A stretch of 64,000 bases of DNA from Octopus vulgaris (lineage: Eukaryota). The stretch spans positions 63,922,001 to 63,986,000 of the forward strand of contig OX597818.1 of the NCBI GenBank assembly GCA_951406725.2, in the 5' to 3' direction. Under the pieces are notes generated by a model. That model did no database searches. It had not been told where the DNA came from and worked only from the letters and a program-made list of their open reading frames with translations. Within the stretch, counting starts at the first letter, position 1, and each line of letters starts with the position of its first letter. This document shows positions 54,221 through 64,000 of the stretch, in pieces. Made by a program: the position numbers and the translations under genes.

Positions 54221-55429
54221 CATGTATCCATTTCACTCTGCTCTATATATAATATTGATAAAAGTAGTATAGTTATGCAAGTGTCTTTCGCAGAGGGATA
54301 CACAGAGAGAATTTATAGCGACGTATATGTGATTGCAAATGCACCTATAGAGGGGTGGTCTTGCGTTTTGAATGTTTGTTTTACCACTTTCTTTTACTGG
54401 CGGAGTAGCAGTTATTATTCGCCTTTTTTACGGAAACCATCCTTGATGAGTGATATGCAGAGTACCAACATTTTCCAACATACTTTTCTTTAATACACAG
54501 TGATGAAATTATGTTGCATGTCGATGGTTTTCTGGTAAGAACACGTTATTCACATGACCAAAACGATAGATGCATTTGCTCAGTTCTCATTTACATGTGG
54601 ACAAATGTGATTCTATACTGCATTGATCATTAATAGATTGTCTGAAGTTCTATAGGATTATGATTTATTAAAGAAGGACATCTTATGTAGTTGTTTACTA
54701 ATTAATTATTGATATAGTTTATAAAAATAGTATTAATACAAGCCTGTGGTTGGTTATACTTCAGAGCTTCTAGATAAACAGCAGACGTTTATAGACTGAA
54801 TTGGGCGCTAGACTTATTGCATTTTTTAATCTAATACATTTTAATTAATTGAGCGTCCAAACATTATAAATGAGAACTCATTATCTGTATGACTAATTAC
54901 TGTTGAAATGGCAGATGGGGCAAACCCGAAATGCTAATAAATCCGTATTTAATTAAAACTACATTAATAAAATTTTCGTTAAAATTTCTATTCTAAAATT
55001 TCTGTCTTCTAAAAGCTGGTGAATTAGATAAAAACTCTCTCACCACAAAAAATAATTCTCATCAGATGGCCTCAGGGCATTCTGTTGCCGGTTCCATTGA
55101 TGCAAACGTTCTTTTATTCTTTTACCTGTAACAGGCTTAAGCCAGAGGGTGGGGATTTCCTGGAAGGCAGCCTGTTCAAATACTTTCGATATCTTTATAA
55201 ATATATATTTTCGAATATACATTAGATACGTCTGCGACTATTCAAAACACACAAGTACATCTCAGTACCAGCAAATATTTGTAAGCTCTCTATATGCAAT
55301 TCTCCTTGTGATCTTTTGTGCAGATCCCATAATATAATGCAAGGCCCTCCTTAATTTCACCCCTGTACTTCAATGGTAAGTGATAGTTGTCTAAACTTCT
55401 TGCAGTATTAACTATATTCCATCGCAATA

Positions 55430-55514
<85 letters not shown>

Positions 55515-56096
55515 ACACAAACACACACACACACATATATATATACACACACACGCACATATATATATATATATATATATATATTTCTATGATGGAACTG
55601 TTAATAATTTAATGCTTCAGTACGCAAAATTTCACATATCACATGACTCTTAAGACCACTGTCTGTGTTCCTAGGATGATTACAGTGTAGTCTTTATCAT
55701 TAGACGCTGATCATCATAATAGAATTGGAACTTTATTTGTATATTGAAAACGTTTCTATAAATTTCAAAGATTTGTGTATGTATATGTACATACATACAT
55801 ACATAAATATATATACAAACACAAATACAACGACCATCCCTGTAATGGTAAAGTACCAGCTGCCATAGCGACCTCCAGTGTGTGTTAGGATGATCACATT
55901 GCCAAAATTTAGGTTGTGTGACATTTTAGACTTAGTGTCTGATCGAGTTTGTATTCTGCCAAAAGTAGTTTGGTATAGTGATTCACGTAGGTTATGTGGT
56001 GGGGAAAATGTGGATACACATAGCTCTAAATACCTCCACGTCTACATACAGGCAGGCACACACACACATATGCATACACACTCAATCTCCCCCCCC

Positions 56097-56148
<52 letters not shown>

Positions 56149-56800
56149 TATGTATGTATGTTTGTATGTATATCGCGTCTGTGTATTATAGTAAACGCAT
56201 ATAGAATATTGAAAGGAATGACGTCTTGTATCTGGCTGAACGAATATCCCTTCACACATGTTAAACACAATGCGTTCAGTGGTCTCTATATAAATGTGTG
56301 TTTATGAGCATATACGCATACATATACATACATACGCAAACACATACACAGCCGCACGCACACACGCACACACATGGGTACGTACGTATGCATTCCCGAC
56401 ATTATACCGTTGTATGTATGGATCATGTGTTCCCGTTATTTTTTCACAATTCCCCCGCAATCAATTATTTCCACTAACAAAGAACTCTTTTCAATGGAAA
56501 CTACTCAACATCGACGTGAGAGTCATGTCTAGAGGAATGTATTATGCTTTTATCTTTTGACAAATCAAAGGATTTATTGTGTGTACAGCCTTCAGAAATC
56601 GTAGTTTATAGGTGAGACTATTCCTGAAACAGCATTGAAAGTGATTGATTTTACTTCGTCTGTGCATTTGACAAAAACAAATTCAAAACAAATGCCTTAC
56701 TGTCTAACCAAATTTAAATAAAAAAACATTCGATTAGTTAGTTCGATATATAACCAGTTAACTAATAAGAGAGGAGTAGAATCGAACCAGTGTTTGCGTT

Positions 56801-57014
56801 AATAATGGTTTCAAATTTTGCCACAGGGCAGATATTTTTGGGGGGGTGAAGAGTCGATTACATTAACCCCAGTCTTCAACTGGTACTTATTTCATTGATC
56901 CCGGAAAGAAGAAGAGCGAAGTCGACCCCGGCCGAATTTGAGAACGGAGCGACGAGCGAAATACCTCTAAACATATCGTCCAACGTGCTAACGATTTTGC
57001 CAGTTCACCCCCTT
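56801..57014 (-). mobile_element. SINE family B, old copy with alternative tail
   Basis: Head CTGGCAAAATCGTTAGCACG; tail GCCCTGTGGCAAAATTTGAAACCATTATT. Confidence 0.75.
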
Positions 57015-57260
57015 CTTGTGCGTGTGTAAATAACATAGACATAATGACTCTCTCTAGACACAACAAGTTACTTTTTCCTATTCCACACGAATTGGTTTCT
57101 TACTTTATTTCCGGAAGTTTATTGATGTAACGTTCAGCCACATTGTTTTGGGGTGGACGGACTAAGAATTGGAGAGGCTGACAAATTTTCTCATTAAAGT
57201 TTCTCATCATTTATTCCACAAATATTCTGCCATATTCTAAATAAATATATATATATATAT

Positions 57261-57425
57261 ATCCTTCGAAACGTTTAGTAGATGAAACTTTAGCGACTGA
57301 AGAAGGGGATTTTTCGTTGTGCTTATTGTCCTGTATCTCTCTTTTTTTTGCCTGTCTTGTTCCTTGGTTTGTGTCTATGTTTTTCGTCTCTCTATGTGTT
57401 CGACGTCTTTTTGGTGTCCTGTACA
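57261..57425 (+). repeat. dispersed repeat family D, copy 3
   Basis: CCTTCGAAACGTTTAGTA..CTGAAGAAGGGG block and GTCCTGTAC end. Confidence 0.55.
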
Positions 57426-58853
57426 CATATATGCGTGTATATGTACATGTAGAGGTAGGTACGTACATATATGTTTATATATATGCATATATTTTATTAA
57501 CATATATATATATATATATATATAAATATGTGGGTTTACAGTTACATACCCATGTGTGTATACAAATGTGCTTGGGGGCGATCTGATTTTATTTAGCGAA
57601 TTATTTCACACTAATACTGAAAAAAAGTAGCGGGTTGTTTCTACCATTTTTGCTTTTGGAACTGAATTATATCCACAAATATAGATTAGTACGAATTTAC
57701 GTTTAGATGTACGTATCCATGAATATATATTCATACACACACGAACACACAGACACAACTATATACATACACTGTACATGTGTATGTATATATTTGCGTA
57801 AGCATATGTATTCATGTATACACATACAGACCAATATGCAGCAGTAAATAAACTGTAAGTATGGATGTCATTGAATGTGTGCAGCTGTATGTTTGCATTA
57901 TGCATACGTAAACAAATGTATATTTGCGCATATATCCCAGTTTATACCCAGCTTTTCAAAGCACAAATGTAGGAGGTTGTTGTGTGCATAACACAAAGAG
58001 CATGCATTTTCTTGTAATGGTGTTCTTTACAATAACAGCTAACACGCTTTTATTTTCCTTCATATTTTGTGTCCATTATTCTCCGGTGGTATTCATGCTA
58101 TCCTTTCTACTCATGCACATTGTACTAGATACCTGAATGGCGAATTCACGTGCGCGGCAAAATTCAGAACCATCTGGAATAAAACATTTCTTTAGTGAAT
58201 ATGATTGCTTATTTCACATGGAAGCCAGTTTATGATTAATGATGGAAAGCGAAGTAATCCTACATTCGATAAATAAAACTCTTGTGATGAATGTTCTATT
58301 CTTTTCATATATTACCAGGGGCACAGGACTGTGCACGAGTGTGTTGCTGTGTGTGTATGTGTTCGCGTGTGTGTGCGTGTGCGTCAGTGTCTGTGGCTGA
58401 GATTACGTGTTTTTTTTTATTATAGATGATAAATTAATATCCATACATGCAATCTCAAAAAGAAAAAAAATGAAAATAAACATGGCGTAAAATAAGTCTC
58501 ACAACGCTCACGGCTGGAATGGTTTTCAATACATCTCTGCATGACGAGGGCTGATATCTGGCAATGTGACATCAATTCCTGTTACTGAAACAGACGAACA
58601 ATATCTTCCTCACTCGATGTTATACGTGAAGTGACGATGTAATGTGCAAGAGCATTGTATAAAACTTTTGATATCAATGATATCAATGTATAGACCATAT
58701 CATGTCAATATGCAACACATCTTATAATACATATATGCATGTATGTATATCTGCATGTGTGCGTATGCGTGGGTATATACACACACACACACACACCCAC
58801 ATATATATATATATTTGCATATTTGCACGCGGACACACACATACACAGACACG

Positions 58854-58894
<41 letters not shown>

Positions 58895-59236
58895 CTATAT
58901 ATATAACTGGATGGACTAAGTGAAGGAAGGGGACACACACGTAGAGGGAACACGTCACTGAAGAGGTTACACATGGGCGACGAAAAAATACCGGACAATG
59001 GATATGAGTTAGAATAAAAGCAGTAATGAAAGAGTGAGGAATGATATATATCGCGTCTTTATTTGCACCCCAACCACCCAAAGAAATGACCGTTCCAAAA
59101 CAGAGATATGTGTGTGTATTTGTGTGTGTGTGTACGTATCTTGTATGTATATATTTTATTAATTGGCCTTTACGGCTGATAACTCGCATGCCACATATAA
59201 GGTTATTTAAATAATATCACCACTTCTCATATATAT

Positions 59237-59305
<69 letters not shown>

Positions 59306-59390
59306 TATGTGTGTATATATAAATGAATGAAGACCCCAGATTAAGCTTCTGTTTTCTCAATAAGAATTTCAACTCACGTGAATGATGCAC

Positions 59391-59461
<71 letters not shown>

Positions 59462-59787
59462 GTATATATTATTCATCAGAATAAGGTTAAAAAGGTCTAC
59501 ACACCATCGTATATGTTGAAATCAGACACCTGTAGTTTACAACATATCTTTATGGATTTCATTATTAGCCGTCTAGAAATGAGCGCCTACAGATTTATAA
59601 TATTGATCTTCAAATATTAATAAAGTAATTGAGGTTTTTACAGATAGATATATTTTAACCTATTGGATATATAAATATAATACAGACGCTGTCTTGTTTT
59701 CATCCTTTATCAATAATAAGATATTTCGTTATTGGATTTCGTTTGCAAGATTCTTTATATGAGTTCGTGTGTTGAAGCATATTCTGC

Positions 59788-60019
59788 TGTGCCTTATAAT
59801 GTAACACACTCACCGGTAAAATTACCACTTTTTTCTTATTTTTATTTTCCTAAAGTTTTCGTTGCGTCATGCAACCTTTTCAATAGTTTTCACATAAATA
59901 TTGCAAGATACGTACATACAGATGCACACACATACATATATAATATGCATACACACATATATACATACATATACATGCAAACACACACATACATACATAC
60001 GTACATGCAGGCATGTATA

Positions 60020-60052
<33 letters not shown>

Positions 60053-60211
60053 ACCCACACACATGCGCACAAACAAACAAAAGGGAACGCAGTGTAAATA
60101 ACGGACAGAGTCAAAACTATTGAAAAGTTTGCAAGACGCATCGAAAATTTTAGGAAAATAAAAATAAGAAATGGAAATTTTACCGGTGCGTGTGTTACAT
60201 TATAAGGCACA
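59788..60211. repeat. ~100-bp inverted repeat pair around a microsatellite spacer
   Basis: 59788-59890 (TGTGCCTTATAATGTAACACAC..CAATAGTTTT) versus 60113-60211 (AAAACTATTG..GTGTGTTACATTATAAGGCACA); related sequence at 57020-57070. Confidence 0.85.
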
Positions 60212-60942
60212 AAAAGAAATGACTCTCTCCAGACACAACACAATGATAAAATGAATTCTTGAAATTGAAAAGTAGTTTGTTAAGCAACATACTCTTGTAT
60301 AGAATTAAGTATAACGTTTCTAAAATGTCTGCATATTTAGAAGTTTAAATTGCTTAGTAATTAACACGCCGTAAAATTCTACAATGACAGAGATTTCAAG
60401 TTAAACCGCTTTAACCGCCATCATTTCCTTCCGTTCAAACAATCATGACACAATCTTTAATTGTCCCTAATATACCAGCCGTGCATATTTGCATGTGTTA
60501 ATCATTAGTTCTCAGATTATTTGTGTACATAGGAGATTCTGTACGTGCACTGCCTCTTAACCTGCTGTAATCAATAGAGCGTGCATAGAAGGTCGAGACA
60601 ACATAACTTCCATTGAAATCGCTTCTGTAATCTGTCGAGCAAATAACGGATCCACTTTGCCAACGCTGTAGACTAAAGCTGGATAAATTTAAAACCTGAC
60701 ATGGTGATGAATTGCAGGTCAATTTTACATTATGCATATTAGCTAGATATCAGCAGCCAGCTGAAATGATGTACGACCATGTTTGTGTAATTTTAGTGTA
60801 CGATAATTTATAAGAGAATATTCAACAATGCCTTTAATAACATCGACAAATGACTAAACATATGTCTATACGATAAAACTACACAGACACACATACACAC
60901 ACGCATGCACATAGTAATATATAATTATAATGCTGAAAGTTA

Positions 60943-61159
60943 TATTTCTTTACTGCCCACAAGGAACTAAACATAGAGGGGACAAACAAGGACAGACAAA
61001 GGGATTAAGTCGATTACAATAACCCCAGTGCGAAACTTGTACATTATTTACCGACCACGAAAGGATAAAAGGCAAAGTCGATCTCGGCGTAATTTGAACT
61101 CAGAACGTAATGACAGACAAAATACCGCTGAACATTTTGCCCGGCGTGCTAACGTTTCT
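60943..61159 (-). mobile_element. SINE family B
   Basis: Same body and tail as 621-846. Confidence 0.85.
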
Positions 61160-61183
61160 ACACAGATTTATCTAGAAATACAG

Positions 61184-61277
<94 letters not shown>

Positions 61278-61424
61278 ATTAGTGAATGGAAGAAATGAAG
61301 TTGAACGAAGATTGTACAGAATTCCTTTTATTACATTCTTATTATTTTCTGCTGTGATTTTTGCTACCCAGGTATCGGTTAAACTTTTGAATAATCTGTA
61401 ACAAGAAAATTCATCTTTCTATTT

Positions 61425-61478
<54 letters not shown>

Positions 61479-61488
61479 ATAGATATAG

Positions 61489-61524
<36 letters not shown>

Positions 61525-61952
61525 GCAGGCATATATACGTCACTATACACACTTGCCTACATACTGACACACACAAATCCATAAACCGAAAACAATAAAT
61601 GAAAGTGTAAAATATGTTATTTGATTATTATACACGCGCACAAACACACACACACAGACACATAGATGCACAGATAAAAACATACACGCACATATCTATA
61701 GAAGACATATGTGTATGTGGTTTTTATGTCTTCCCTATATTTAAGTCTTCATTAATTAGTTTATATTTAAGTGTATAAAATGTCATGCATTTATATATAT
61801 AAACTACTGCGTATTTAAATTCGCAAACATATCCTCTGAAGAAACTCCAAAACATCGCTTTGACACCCAGGCCTGGGTGGAGGTATTTACTTAAAACGAT
61901 GTAAACTAATACATCTGATTACGGAATGATTGTTCTTTAATATATATTATTA

Positions 61953-62049
<97 letters not shown>

Positions 62050-62147
62050 GTCTGTCTGTCTGTCTACCTACCTACCTACCTACCTACCTATCTATCGATC
62101 GCTCTATCTATTTGTATATCGATGTATCTGTCTATCTATCTGTAAAT

Positions 62148-62224
<77 letters not shown>

Positions 62225-62609
62225 AGAAATATTCAATTTGTAAATGTCTCAGAGAGACATGAGTGGTTGTGGAGTGATAGAGTGGTTGTATACTGTCAAC
62301 TTAACGTGACAGTCCCGTAAAAGGAATCACTCCACCGCTATTTAACCCTAGGAAGCATCGACGCTTCCTGCCGGCTTTGACTGCAGTCTTACAAGTGAAA
62401 CGCGGAAAATAAAATATATACATACATATACATACAATATATATATATATATATATATGTACATATACATATGTATGCATACATATGTATATCTATCTAT
62501 CTGTATGTATGTATATATATATATATATATATATTTATGAGCGTCAATAATACTTTAATTGTTCCACGTCCTCGCGTTGCTGTTTTTTTCTGTGTTTTCT
62601 TGTTTGGAT

Positions 62610-62688
<79 letters not shown>

Positions 62689-62721
62689 ATATATATGTAT
62701 ATCTATCTATCTATATGTATG

Positions 62722-62752
<31 letters not shown>

Positions 62753-62787
62753 ATATATATATGTATATCTATCTTTCTATTTATCTA

Positions 62788-62857
<70 letters not shown>

Positions 62858-62977
62858 TTATATAGAAGGAGCTTCTACAGGACTAGAACTGTTTCATTCA
62901 AGAGAAATCTTCAGGAAGCACTGAAGATTTCTCTTGAATGAAACACTTCTAGTCCTGTAGAAGCTCCTTCTATATAA
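62858..62977. repeat. near-perfect palindrome (two ~57-bp arms, 6-nt loop GAAGCA)
   Basis: 62858-62914 is the reverse complement of 62921-62977 with one mismatch. Confidence 0.95.
62871..62919 (-). ncRNA. type I hammerhead ribozyme motif (Penelope-like)
   Basis: GCUUC-CUGAAGA-U.UUC(UCUU)GAA.U-GAAA-CAG(UUCUAGUC)CUG-UA-GAAGC: full conserved core, 5-bp stem I, 4-bp stem III, GUA triplet. Confidence 0.75.
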
Positions 62978-63048
62978 TAAATTAATTTTACTCTGCTATG
63001 TATTGAGTACCTTATTTACTGTGGTTAACCCCGAATCAACCCGGGACC

Positions 63049-63139
<91 letters not shown>

Positions 63140-63929
63140 CAAAATAGAGCAAGAACGCAAAACACCCGGACAGGTAGGTGATATAAAAAGGGACAACAAA
63201 GCATCCAGATAGACGAAACAAAGAAAAACAAAGAACGTGTCATTCGAATCCCTCTTTCCTCAGCCAAGCACCAGAATATCCACGCCACTACTACAAGAAC
63301 CTGTCACTACTACTAAACGAACCTAGAGAATGCATAATTTAATGCATGAAAGTACTACTTAAATTAGAATGGACATTTAATATTCCATCATTTCATTATC
63401 TTATATTATATTATTATAAGATTGTGAAAATCTTATATTATGTACAACCAAGCTTGCTTGGTAAGGAGGGTGTTTATTGGACACCCTGCGAGATGAAAAA
63501 CAAAACCCGTCAAAGGGCGGAGTAACTCTTGAGAGTCAACGGCCATCCAATAAATGTCTTAAGGCTGTACCATGCGCGGGGACATAGAAATAATTGGACT
63601 GCATACCCGATCGCGCGGTTAAACCATTGGGAGTGAAGGACTCCTTCTAGGAGAAGGTAACTCGGGTAACTGGGATAACTCCGACATAGAACCTGCGGCT
63701 CAGTGGTTACCGATGATGTTGACTTGTTCTTCTTTTCGGATTATGGCTGCTGTTGTTTAGTGAGTGGGATTGACTCAGTGCACAGCCTTTCCTCACTTTA
63801 AAAAAAACTCTTCTTGCACAGGCATTGCACAATAACAACATTGATTATGCTTCGTGCAATGGCCGTACTCGATAACGAGGGGGCAGTCACCATATATATA
63901 TATATATATATATATAAACATATATATAT

Positions 63930-63986
<57 letters not shown>

Positions 63987-64000
63987 AATATACACACGCT

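Overview
AT-rich eukaryotic (animal) DNA, probably intergenic or intronic, packed with (TA)n/(CA)n/(TATC)n/trinucleotide microsatellites and interspersed repeats. The repeat style suggests a coleoid cephalopod such as Octopus (inference, not tested). No host gene can be called with confidence; nearly all ORFs in the track are microsatellite or SINE artefacts. Supported content: three tRNA-derived SINE families (about 20 loci, called A, B and C here), a 5'-truncated GC-rich RTE/BovB-like LINE with an open 436-aa RT ORF, a decayed second RTE-like LINE, a CR1/L2-like LINE 3' fragment, a non-autonomous Helitron, foldback/MITE elements, and mariner and Gypsy relics. The main signals are in RNA structure: (1) several Penelope-type hammerhead-ribozyme motifs, including a complete type I core inside a near-perfect ~115-bp palindrome at 62.9 kb and a two-copy family with a very long stem II; (2) a SINE-A/CR1-like LINE pair sharing a 3' tail with a covarying stem-loop; (3) a SINE-B trimer whose units restart at the same internal site, complementary to the SINE's own 3' end; (4) a strong AG|GT recursive-splice-like site on the minus strand. 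All calls were made by eye, without database searches or folding programs.
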